Origin: Geosiphon pyriformis uo1
Lineage: Eukaryota; Fungi; Glomeromycota
Assembly (NCBI GenBank): GCA_016748015.1
Contig: JAAOMT010000003.1
Coordinates: 376,373-440,372, forward strand
Direction of reading: 5' to 3'
Length of the DNA: 64,000 nucleotides
The notes below the pieces were generated by a model. It was given only the letters and a program-made list of their open reading frames with translations. It was not told the DNA's origin and searched no databases. A program made the position numbers and the translations under genes. Numbering within the stretch: position 1 is the stretch's first letter; every line of letters starts with the position of its first letter. This document shows positions 1 through 11,639 of the stretch, one piece after another.

Positions 1-1
1 T

Positions 2-175
2 TTGCAATATCGGAGCTTCTATACTCCAGTCAAAAGCGTCGTAGATGGAGACCTTTGTGAACAATACAATTTGTTACCAATAGAGAAGAAAAGGATGATA
101 GCGGAAGAGTTAGATCGAACACCAGCCGAGATACAAAAGAAAATTGAGGATATGAGGGTAATGGCCGCGTTCTAA
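2..175 (+). CDS. RSE1: 3' end of pre-mRNA splicing factor SF3B3/Rse1 (partial, runs off window start)
   Basis: Frame 2 translates [57 protein letters not shown], the characteristic SF3B3/Rse1 C-terminus; stop TAA at 173-175. Confidence 0.9.
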   Translation: MQYRSFYTPVKSVVDGDLCEQYNLLPIEKKRMIAEELDRTPAEIQKKIEDMRVMAAF

Positions 176-519
176 TTTCATCTTTCTGCTTTTAAAACTT
201 TGCCTATTAGTTATGTTACCAATTTCAAATGCTGATTCATATGCAAATTCCATAAACTATGGTGTTGTCGAAAATTATCAAATCTGAGCATGGCTCTAAT
301 TTTATTCTAAGAGCTTTAAACAGGCAGATTTATTTTTTGAGTATTTTTCATTATTCAATAAATACTTATTCAAAATAAAATAAGAATTTAATTTTACTTA
401 GAAATTTTACTTTTTTTTTTTTAAGTCATTTTATGAAATGGTTTTAAGTAAAAATATTTTATTTATTTAATATGCTTTATTAAGTGTAATTTAATTATTT
501 ACAATATTAAAACAAATTT

Positions 520-842
520 ATGCATTTAAGCTGAGTGCGAGAAATTGGGGTTGGTCCGTGATGGCAGTTTTGTGATTGTTGATGTGGTTCGGCGGTCTTG
601 TGTCTACAATAGGAGATGTGCGTAGAGATGGTTTTAATGGTTCATTTTGGTCTAGGTGTGGATAGTTGCCTGGTTTCCGGTCCTCTGCTTGTTGGTCTTC
701 ACTCACCTGTTGTTGTGGGCAGGGTAGGTTTAGTTATAGGGGTATAATCGGCTCGGGTGTCTGGTCACGTGTAGCAAGAGCATGAGTCACGTTGTATAAC
801 ATTAGATAGTGATTGGGCCACACTCGTTATAGCAAAAAAAAA
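520..842 (+). mobile_element. 5'-truncated LINE 3' end (ORF2 C-terminal tail, 3'UTR, short A-tail)
   Basis: Encodes AECEKLGLVRDGS, similar to AYMEKSGMISSDDS of the other LINE copies. The reverse complement of 750-830 aligns with the LINE 3'UTR seen at 9548, 17180, 19467, 25491 and 32447. Ends in an A-run at 834-842. Confidence 0.65.
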
Positions 843-3336
843 TTATATTATTTAACATTGAATATATAAAATATAATTAACCAAATTTAAATTTTATATT
901 TTAAACTTCATTTTAAAAACATTAGCTAAATGTTTTAATATTTATTTATAATTTATGCTTTAATTTAATATTAGTTTTGCTCATAAAAATATAATTCAAT
1001 AATTTTAATTTGTTTTACTTAATCCATGTAATATTGAAATGTTGGAATACTAAATATATCCTTGTTTGATTTTGATTTCAAAATCTTCAAAGTGCTTTAT
1101 ATAGCTTAATTGCAAAAAACCCTATTGCCTATTGAGGTAAATATATTAGTAAATTTGGGACGTTTCACGAAAGGAGAATTATACATACTGTTTCTCTTTG
1201 GACAAATATCTTCTTTCTTAAAGGCAATAAAAAAACGCAAATTTTTACTCCTACCCTCTTTAAAAAAAGAGCAATGCGGAACCTACAAGGTTTAATCGTT
1301 TAGATTAAAATAAAACTTGACCAATTTAGAGATTAGTTTAAATGGAAGCTCACTCGAATCCTAAGAACAAGATCAAAGATAGATTTTTATTACTCTTAGA
1401 AAATCTAATGCTTGGAACTTAAATTTACTTTAAATAGATTCTATTGTCTTAACCTCAAATTAGACCATATTTTAAGTAAACCAATAAGTTTTATGATTCA
1501 TATAAGAGGAAATACAAATTCTACAGATTAAAAATAATAATGAAACAAAGAGGAGGATGCTAGAATTTCTAGTTAAAAATTCAACCTAATAGATGCATAT
1601 GATGAACAGTTAAAGCAGAAATTTTCGTGCTCAGATTTCAACGTTTAAATTTTCGGACATCAGGGCAATGTTTGCACTGAACCATAATTCCATTAATGAA
1701 ATTATTTTATTTTCTTAAAATTAATGTATGTTCAAAAAATGTAAAACAAATTTGGGAAAATTCTAATCATTACCCGTATTGCCAATTGTGAGATATAATC
1801 GATAAAAAAATTGAATTCGCTTGCAATGTATATAACGTCCAAGCTTCTTGAAACAGTTTCGCCAATCTTGGGGACCGTTGCCAAAATAAATTGACTTCAT
1901 CAGCATCTAGTCCAATAAGATAATTTTAATAATAATTTTAGATCATCTTTGGAAAAGTTTTAGTTATGAGTTTGAGGAAGCGAGATTTTTACTAGAAATG
2001 TTTCAAATCTACAGTGAGGTTTTTGGTACAATTAAATTTATTGATGCCATTGGTCTATTGATTAAAGTTATAAACACTCATTCCTAGTGCCCATCATACA
2101 CGACCGCATACCTTTATTTCCAGTTTTAATAAAGGGGAAGTGATATTCGAGTGATTTTGTTTAATTGAGCTTTCGATATGCAGATGTAACATATGAACTT
2201 TAGCGTAGTATTGCTGCATCTGCCATTTCAGCAATGCTATCAAATTTTCAAAGTTACAAAACTGCAACCATCGTCGATCAAATTGTAAGACCAGAATGAT
2301 GTAATAATTTCTATTTTGCTTGATATCTAAAAGGTTCCTTCATCAAAAAATCGAGAGTTAGAATTGAAAATTTTGCTTCAACCTAATAAACTTATAGATT
2401 TTTGAATCTGTTTCAGGCTACAGTTCCATTAGGTGATCGATATGTTCGTAAAACGACATCCGTAACCTAATAGGGAAGCGCTACAACATATTAGAAATTC
2501 TGGCACTAAGTTGAAGAGTGAAAAAGATGAAAATAAAAATATACCAATTTCTCTCCAATAATCTGATATTACGCCTGTTTCGACTCAGATGATGGTTTTG
2601 CAGAAGTTAAAATAATTCAATTGGATAAAATGAGGCCCGATCAAATATGCCTAATCCAATCAACGGGACAAATAGTTATATATCAAGATCACAAATAGAT
2701 GGGTTTGTAAAAATGATTCGTTAGGTATCTACATTCTCATTGATCTTTGTTCGTTTTATAACACTTGAATCTTGTCTAAAAGCTAAAAAACCATTATAAA
2801 TGCTGAATCGAAACACAGCATATAAGGACCCCCTTCATATGTTTTTTGTGGTAAATGAAAGGCGTTCTCCTTGTCCTCGATATAGCACTCTTATTGGAAT
2901 TGTGTCTTTAATGAACGTGTTAGAGTAGGTCGACAGACCCACTCTGTGTATTAGTTGACGATTAATAGTTATTTTTGTAAAAATTAAATGTCAAACTGAA
3001 TTACATATAAAGAAGGAAAATGTTTTGATTAATTTTGTTTCTTTTTCTTGGTTAAAAGTAGATTACTTTTTAGTGGTGGTTTTCCCTTAAAGCTTAAACT
3101 CAGAAAAACCAGTTAAGAGTTATGATTGCTAATATGCTCTCCAAAGTGGGGCATTCCATCAAAAAACCCCGTTTAGAAATGATATGACTCATTACATTAT
3201 CTCCAAGTGTCACGTGGAATTAGGAAGGTATAAGTTGTATCAACAATGGTTGATTCTCAAGCAGATTCGATGAGTACTTTTCAAAGGTCCATATCGGAAT
3301 GTCCGTTGTCGCATAATAAACTTTCCACATTCAAGG

Positions 3337-4904
3337 ATGCCTGCAAGCAACGAAAACAAATATATAAAAGATGTATGGGCAGAAAACCTCGAAGAAGAAA
3401 TGGCTGTTATGCGTGACCTTGTTGAACAGTATCCTTACCTTGCAATGGTACTTTGCCCAATATACAAAGTTTCAACAGTTTGTATTCATTCCCCTGTTGA
3501 TTACCTAGTCGTTTATTTTCTTCTTTTCACCAGTTTTTGTCTTCCTATGTAATTTTCTTCTCTCTAACATTTTTGTCTTTAACTGGTTGGATCGTCACTT
3601 AGGATACAGAATTTCCTGGGGTGGTTGCCCGTCCTATTGGCAATTTTCGCACAAGTTCAGATTATCATTACCAAACACTCCGTTGTAACGTCGATTTGCT
3701 CAAGATTATCCAGCTAGGACTTACTTTTTCCGACGGGGATGGGAATTCGCCACAGGAAACCTGTACATGGCAATTCAATTTCAAATTTAATTTAGCGTAA
3801 GTATTAATTTTAATAAGAGTTCTGTTTGATTTTTTTAATACTTTTTGATTATAGTGGTTTTTAGTTTCCAAAGCTTTTTAATACCAATCTTCGTTCAGAG
3901 ATGATATGTACGCGCAAGATTCCATTGATTTATTATTAAAGTCTGGCATAGATTTTAAGAAGCATGAAGACTTTGGTATAAATGTAGAGCATTTTGGTGA
4001 ATTACTGATTAGTTCAGGGTTCGTATTGCTAGATGATGTAAAGTGGATTTCATTTCATAGGTAAGAAAATAAAATTATCTATGTTTGAGGATTTATCCTA
4101 ATAATACAATTCCATTAGAAAAAGTAAAGGGGGTTGTATTCATTTTTATTTTTATTCCCATTATTTTTAATATATGTACGGGAAATTTACACTAGTGGAT
4201 ACGATTTCGGATATCTGTTAAAATTGCTCACCTGCTCACCTTTACCAGCCGAAGAGGCGGATTTTTTTGATCTACTGAGAACTTTTTTCCCATGTATATA
4301 TGATATTAAATATTGTATCAGGGCTTTTAAGGCTTTGAAAGGGGGATTACAGGATATTGCTGATGATATGGGGGTAATTATCAACTGATATTATTTAGAC
4401 TCGAGATTTTGATGCGCTTGACTAAAGCTTTGAAAACTTTTCTATAACGAAGGTAACTCGAATTGGTGCTCCACATCAGGCTGGCAGTGATAGTCTTCTC
4501 ACCGCTTCAGTCTTTTTTAAGATGCGTGAAATTTACTTTAGCGATAAGATCGATGACTCGAATTACCTGTACGTTAAACCTGTCAAATTATATTCTTGAA
4601 TTATTATTAGAGCCCTTACTAACCTATGAATTTGGCATAATTACCAAGAGGCTTCCTATATGGGTTAGGAGCTGGCACATCCACCACACCAAACGTTCAA
4701 AACATGCAGCTTGCTACAACCGGCTCAAACATTAATCTCTCATTATCCGATGGCATAACTCAATTAGCGACAACACCACCCTTGTCTTCAAACGCTGTTC
4801 CCACTGTCAATGGCAAGATAAGCGTAATTCGAGAATCCAGTCCGGAAAATAATCCCAACAATACGAACACTAATGGTACCACAACTCCAATAAACAGTAC
4901 TTAA
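3337..4904 (+). CDS. CAF1: CCR4-NOT deadenylase subunit Caf1/Pop2 (CNOT7/8), 6 exons
   Basis: Exons approx. 3337-3447, 3603-3796, 3899-4060, 4196-4373, 4453-4568, 4649-4904, all GT-AG introns. Motifs [23 protein letters not shown] and HQAGSDS (DEDDh nuclease). Confidence 0.95.
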
Positions 4905-5183
4905 AAAAATATTTTGGTATTTTGGTTTGCGAAGATTTTAGATCAGAGAAAAAGAATCGCCCAACTCTCACCTCGTAAAACATTGATAGATGCATTTAAA
5001 ACAGAGTTATATTATGTACAGTCTAGGCTAATTTGCATATTTTATGGCTCTTTTTGGGTAGAGTAATTAATTCGTTCAATTTTACTTTTAATATTTTTCC
5101 CTTTCGAGCCTTTTTGTTCAACATTTTTTTTTGGAAAAACTCAAGATTACCCACTCAATATTTAAGAATTGAGAACTTTTCAT

Positions 5184-6391
5184 CTACACAACTTTTAAAG
5201 GTTCTGTGTCGACCTTACTGACAATAACATCGATTCTATCGATTTCTTCGTCTGCTAATAATATCTTTTCCAATCGAGGTTTTAAAACAGTGGAGAGATA
5301 GCCCCTCTCCGTATTTGAATGTTCACCTGTTTGAATAAAGTCACTTAATATTGTTATTAACTCGTCTAAATACAGAAGAAAACTCACATAATATTACACT
5401 CGTTTCGTGAGCCAAAGCATCCAATACTTCATGATGCGACATTTCCCCTGTAAAGTATAGATCAGGTCTTATGGGTGATAGGACAGAAGAGCCTGATTGC
5501 ATGAGTACTCGATATTAGTGAATTTTGATTGAGAAATTCAAATGATTATCAAATAAAATTACTTCCGAACCAGAACCCGCACAGATTCCAACAGTGGAAA
5601 TCAATTCCTTGGAGTTTATCGAATGCCTTGCAGCAGTAGCTACTCTTACTGATTCACATCCAAAAATTGGAGATCAATTATATTAAAGCCAAACCCATAT
5701 CAAAAAAACGCACAGACCATGCTGAAGTTGTAAATAATTTTTGACTCGTTCAATCACCACCGATAATGGGATTGGTTCATCAAAAGTGAAAATGCGTCCA
5801 GAGCCTGCATTTTCCTGTCCTGTGAATAAAATAAAATGAATAATGATTCAATAAATTAATAAATGAATTTTAAAGGTTCTTACCAACAGGATAATTTCTA
5901 GCAGGGATAATTGGCACAGAACTTCCTTGACCAAGAGCTTTAGACAACCAATCATTTACTATTTCATGATAAAGAGTGATAAAGTTTTGAGGTCAAGGCT
6001 ACAAAGCAGACTTAATGGAGAATTTGCGAATTAAGCTCGCTGCTCCCTCACCTCCCCCAAAACTGGAGTCGAGGGCTGTATGAGGGCTATAAATGCTAAT
6101 CCCTCTTGCCACGCATTTCATTACCATAGCTTGTTTTACAGCTGCCAAAGTTAACTGCTTCCAAGCACGAAATATAGGTGGATGGTAAGCAACAATCATA
6201 CCCACTTTGGGATCAGAGAAAACCTCTTCCAGCACAGCAGGTGTCAAGTCTATAGTGAGGAAAACGCGTGAAGGAGATGAATGGGGATAAGGCGGTTCAA
6301 CAAGTAAGCCAACATTGTCCCAGGAAGTCTCTGCAAGAGATAAAGGAGCTATCTTTTCCAAAGCATTAATTACACGTCGTAGGAAAGTCAT
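5184..6391 (-). CDS. NIF3: NIF3-like protein (GTP cyclohydrolase 1 type 2/NIF3L1 family), 6 exons
   Basis: ATG at 6391. Motifs LAETSWDNVGLLV, AYHPPIF, IYSPHTALD, GVNDWL, GICAGSG, TGEMSHHE and CEHSNTERGYL are joined across GT-AG introns; stop at 5184. Confidence 0.93.
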
Positions 6392-6542
6392 GGTGCAGCG
6401 TAAATAAACCTCCAAATATTATTTAAAATTTTTATCGAGTCACTTGTTGGCAACGTGACAATGCTTATCCTTCTGATTAGTGCTTATCATAGTTAAAGTC
6501 TTCCCTACAGACAAGTAAAAAAACATTTATAATTTAACTTCA

Positions 6543-7860
6543 ATGATTCTCGGGCATCTGCGAACCAGAGGCGTTCCGGGTAGGAGATCTTCTAGTTAAT
6601 CCCTTTTCTTTTTGGGCTCATGATTTGAATTTTGGAACTTTTCCATAAAGCATTTACCCGTCGTCCTCTCTTGTCAATTGCTCAACGGAGCTCTTACCTT
6701 TCACGGTAATTTACACTTGTATCTAAAGAGAAATTTTTGTGCAGTTGAAATATGCCTATACAGACTCAAACATTTAATTGCTTTTTTGAAAATTACTTTT
6801 TGTAAAAAGTCATGGGCTAACTCTTCCCTCTTCACTATTAGTTGTTATACGACTCCGGCTCAAAATGGTACGTATATTTTTAAATTTTGGTATCTGATCC
6901 CTATTCTTTCTCAACCAATTATTTTATTTTAAATCTTCAGAGAAAAAATTGGAACCTAAAGAAAAAGCTCGTAGCATAATTGATTCCCTACCTGGGAATA
7001 GTATTATTTCTAAGACAGGTTACATCACGCTTGGTGCTGGATTGGCCACAATTGCAATATCCAAGGAGTTGTATGTGTTCAACGAGGAGACCTATATTGT
7101 CGTATCCTTTATTGGTTTATGTACAATCCTTTACAAGCTCCTCAGGCAACCCTTAAATGATGCTGTCGAAGCACACTCACAAGTATTTATAACTTGTCTA
7201 TATTAATGCATATGGCTTTATATAAATGATGTTAATCGCTTTTCTTTACTTAAAAAAAGCGTATCTATGGGACTTTGAACAAGGCGCGTGAAGATCACAA
7301 GCTCGCTGTGCAAAACAGAATAGAGCAGGTCGCTCAATTAGGTGATATTGTAGATGTAACCAAAGGATTATTTGCCATATCAAAGGTAAGAAGTTGTTAA
7401 ACACTGAATTTTAGTTCAATTATTGCAGTGCAACTTATGTGGCTTCTGCGTCAATTAATGTGGAGAAAAGGAAACCGCTAGGCTGGAGGCTGAAGCTTTC
7501 GAATTAAAACAAAAGGCTGAACTTGCCGCAGAAGTTAAATCGGTGCTAGATGCTTGGGTTCGCTATGAGGCATCTATTCGTGAACGCGAGCAGCGTGCCC
7601 TCGCAAATACCGTAATTGAGAAAATAAAGCGCAATTTGCAGGATACGAAATTCGTAAGCATTAAATCATAACGTTTCTAATTTAAAACGAACCAATTAAT
7701 TATTTTTGAAACTTTTATCTATAAGCAACAACAAATCTTAAATGAATCTATTGCAGAAATTGAGAGTAGAGTATTCAGCTTAATTATCACTTGGAAATTA
7801 AATGCTTCTAAAAATTTGTCTAAATTTCACATTTATATTTTTTCAGGTCTTGTCAGATAA
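6543..7860 (+). CDS. ATP4: Mitochondrial F1Fo ATP synthase subunit b (subunit 4), multi-exon
   Basis: Arg/Ser-rich presequence in three short exons from ATG 6543. Core PKEKARSIIDSLPGNSIISKT...ISKELYVFNEET, then SKETARLEAEAFELKQK and VKSVLDAWVRYEASIREREQ; stop TAA at 7858-7860. Start exon is less certain. Confidence 0.92.
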
Positions 7861-9547
7861 TGGGACTTTTCTTATATATACCCTTAATATTTCAAAGATG
7901 GATTTTATCGGGAAATGCTAATACTTTAAAATAGCAACTAGTGTGCTCATCAAGGATCTTCATTCTCCCAATATAGTGGATCTGGACGTATAGAGGAGCA
8001 ATAAAACGCTCCAATGAACCTTTTTCTATGCTGCCGACAAAGCTTTTTTATCATCAATTCGCAAGACTTTTTACTGTTTCAAAATTATATATAATCAATT
8101 TATGGTTAGAACAGTTATCATCTCCCACCCAAGATCTCGAAGTTTTTGTTTTAGCCGTCTAATTTCTGGGGTTTCTTTTCGATTAACAGAGAAGCAAAAC
8201 GTTTGCTTATTTTTCTTATGCTAGAACTCGACCTACAAAGATTCAAAGTCACAATTTTTGCCGCTATTCATCGTCCTTTTGTGAGCTGCCAATACCCAAA
8301 AAGGGAATATGACAAGAGACTCCATTTTATTAGTTGAAGCAGAAGTAATATACATCTTATTTCATTTAATTCTTTTACCCTTTATTTATTTTTGTTTTAC
8401 TGCAAAAAATTTGTTATTTACAACCATTTTGTTTTGTTTTTTTATTATATATGCGTTATAAGTTAAAAAATTATTTATAAAATTATTTTAATTATTAATA
8501 TTAACTTAGTATTTAATATTGTTTTTGTATTTATTATTAATTTTTTAATTTTGTTTCAATTATTATTTGGTTTCAAAATTACAATGTGACTGGTTACACA
8601 CAGAAATAGTCGGTGGTTGGACTATATTTTATGCAAAAAATTCAAACTTTTTTATAATTGTTAATAAAAAATAATACAATTATTATAATTATAGTAATGC
8701 AATATATTTAATCTTAATAAATAAATCAATTTCTTTTAAAAATTATACAGGTTATAAAAAACTAAAAAGGCTGTTTTTGTAAGTTATAAATCATTTTGTA
8801 TTTATATTTATATTATATAATAAATTATTTACTATTTAATTTATTAATAATTTTAATTATTAATTATTAATTAATGTATAATTTTATTATATAAAATTAT
8901 AATATTATGTAATATTGTTAATTATTTGTTTTTAATATTACATAAATTTTATTGAGCTAGTAAAACATTATAATTATTGTTTTTTAATTTAAATATTTAA
9001 TTACTAATTGTTTTAAATTATATTAAATTATTTAGTATTTTTTAAATTAATTATATGTTTTTTGCTAATTTATTAATTATTTTTATATTATATATTTTAT
9101 TATATTTTTTTAAATTTTTTGTTTCTTGAATAATAATTTATTAAAATACAATAATTTTTTCATTTTAATTTTATTATTTTATAATATAATAAATTGAATT
9201 TAAAGTTAAAAATTATTTTTAATTAATATTTTTAACAGTTTTTAATTATAAACAACAGTTTTTTTTTTAAATAATAATAATAATAATAATAATATATTTA
9301 TTAAAATTAATATTATAAATAAGTATATTAAGTTATATTTTATAATTTAGTACTGTAATTTTGTTATATTATTTAAAAATTTTAGTAAATTTAAAAGTTT
9401 TTATAATTCAATATAATAATCAGTTTATTTTATCTTTTTAATAAGTATTTAATTATTAATAAATTAATTTTATGTTATTTTTGTATTTTTTATAAAGTAA
9501 AAAAAATTATTATTTTATTAATTTTTTTTTAATAAAAGTTATTTATT

Positions 9548-10265
9548 GAGTAAAGCCCAACTACTATCTAGTACATAAAACCAAATTAAGTAACTCAAAC
9601 TAAATACAACTTATGTACTTACTATATGTGGCTAGTTACTCAAGCCAGATAAGGCAATATTATACACTTATACTAACACTTATATTATAATCTAAACCAG
9701 AAAAAAAAAGACATAGCCTATAATAGCCAAAACTAACAATAAAAGATTTAATAATACCAAGTATTCTGACCATATCATCTAACAGTATTGATACCAAACT
9801 ACATAACAAACCAGATATTACACTGCTATTTTCAACCAAACCAGTCTTTTTTATATTAATCTTAAACTTAGATCTTGTTAGCCAGACTCTAGAACAATAC
9901 AACTCCATTAGATATCTTACAAAATTAACAACAGCAAAAGTGGCCTTCTTCCTATTATCAAAAATTCCAATAGTTTCTATATACCAATTTTTCAACACAA
10001 ACTCTTTACACACAACTGCATAAGTCTCAACATCCAATAAATAACAAGAGAGCATCCTTAAAACAGCAGAAAAAAATAAATCATAAGTATTTGCTAAAAC
10101 AGCCCATTGTGTAAAGATCTTAGCCAAAATTTTTTTTAAACACAAACATTCTAAGCACAAGTGAAAACATGATCTGATAACTCCATCTTATTACACAGCA
10201 AATACAGCACACCAAAATATTCTCTATTATACAATCTTTTTCTAATGATTACTGGCAACTGTTGT
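9548..10265 (-). mobile_element. Decayed LINE 3' fragment
   Basis: ORF 9660-10160 matches the ORF2 C-terminus of the other LINE copies; degenerate CxxC...DHVFTC zinc finger near 10160-10215; family 3'UTR at 9548-9660. Confidence 0.8.
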
Positions 10266-10714
10266 TATTAGTGGTTTTTGTTGGTATTAAAAAACATTTT
10301 CTAGCTCAACTGATAACATATATTACCATAATTATGCTATTGACTATAGCATATTATGGGTGTATAGACTATTTCAATAGATGGAAAAGCAAAAAAGAAT
10401 ACATGATAAGATTATTAAAAGTAAAAAAAAGTATTGTTATTATTATTTGTTTTTGGGCAAGAACTAGTCTTAGGTATTTGAAAAGGGAAAGAGAAGTCAC
10501 ATCTTTTTATATGTATCAAAAACACAACCAACAACAGAAATGAAACCAACTACTCTAATAAATACATAACCAGAATTTTTTTAATTAGTCATTGAAAGAA
10601 TATGATGTTCAAATGCCCACTTTGAAAATGAAGTTATAGGAATTATAAAAAAGATTATAAAAGTCAAATATAACTGAAATAGATTTTGCTTAAACTTTTT
10701 ATTGTTGAAACCAC

Positions 10715-11543
10715 TGTTACGGGATGGTTTTCTTGTTATATTTAATTACTGATATCCCGCTTTAATTGCAATCAGTCTTTCGTGAGTTCCTCAATTCTAT
10801 TTGTGTGATAGTGTCACTGTTACACTGAAGGCTTTCTTTTTACTGTTGTGATGTAAGTTATTCTTTAATTCTTGATTGTTGTGTGTGTTTATGTACTCCT
10901 TCTCAGAGGCTGAACTGAAATCTACCCACTGTCTGGGGTCTTCTCTGAGGCTATCCTTGCAATTGCCTAATGTGTTTCTCTAATCTAAAAACACAGAATG
11001 TTAATGGTCTTTAGCGCTTTTCTAATTCTCACAATAAAGCTTTTATCAATTAGTAACAACGTGAATAATCTTGATCAAGGATTATTCTTCCAAGGAATTC
11101 AGTTGATGAATGATAGTTTCATTCAATAAATAATACAAGTAAGTTTCTTAATACTTTGGGTTGTGATAGTTCCGTTTTAAATATTCTTTTTCATTTCTTT
11201 TTGATTTTTAAAGGTTTCTTGGGATATTTAATTTGAAAGTATGATTTGATAAGTTATGATTTTTATTACTTGATTTATTCTTTCCCAATATTAAAACTAC
11301 TGTATATATACATGTTTGTAGTTCTACGAGAAAATACTTTCTTTTTGATATTTCAACCTGGTGCTTGCTGCTATCACCAGTTGGTGTTGACTGCTATTGT
11401 GAACTGGTGCTTGCCACTATTGCAAGATGGTGTTTACTACTATGTTAATCATTACCTTTCTAAGATTATTACTGTGCTATATTATGATTGAATAGTTTGT
11501 ATTATTTTTATGATTCTTTTTGCTAAATTCTTAAACCATAACA
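10715..11543 (-). repeat. 3' LTR of LTR-1 (829 bp)
   Basis: TG...CA ends; direct repeat of 15969-16405; TATA-like TGTATATATACAG near 11300-11312; four ~22-bp TGGTGCTTGCTGCTAT-type repeats at 11358-11445. Confidence 0.92.
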
Positions 11544-11639
11544 TTATCCCTTCCTTTCAAGATTGACCTCCATCGAAATCGAAGTTAATTTCTTCATTAA
11601 ATTCTAAGTTACTATAGTGGTTCAATACTGTGTTATTAA

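Noticed and set aside
1100-3200. Moderate-GC intergenic stretch with ORF 1110-1295
   Set aside because: No recognisable protein, RNA gene or repeat structure by eye.
3246-3416. 56-codon out-of-frame ORF overlapping the CAF1 start
   Set aside because: The transcription start is unknown and there is no conservation evidence; likely chance.
9269-9293. (AAT)n microsatellite
   Set aside because: Ordinary low-complexity repeat in AT-rich DNA.
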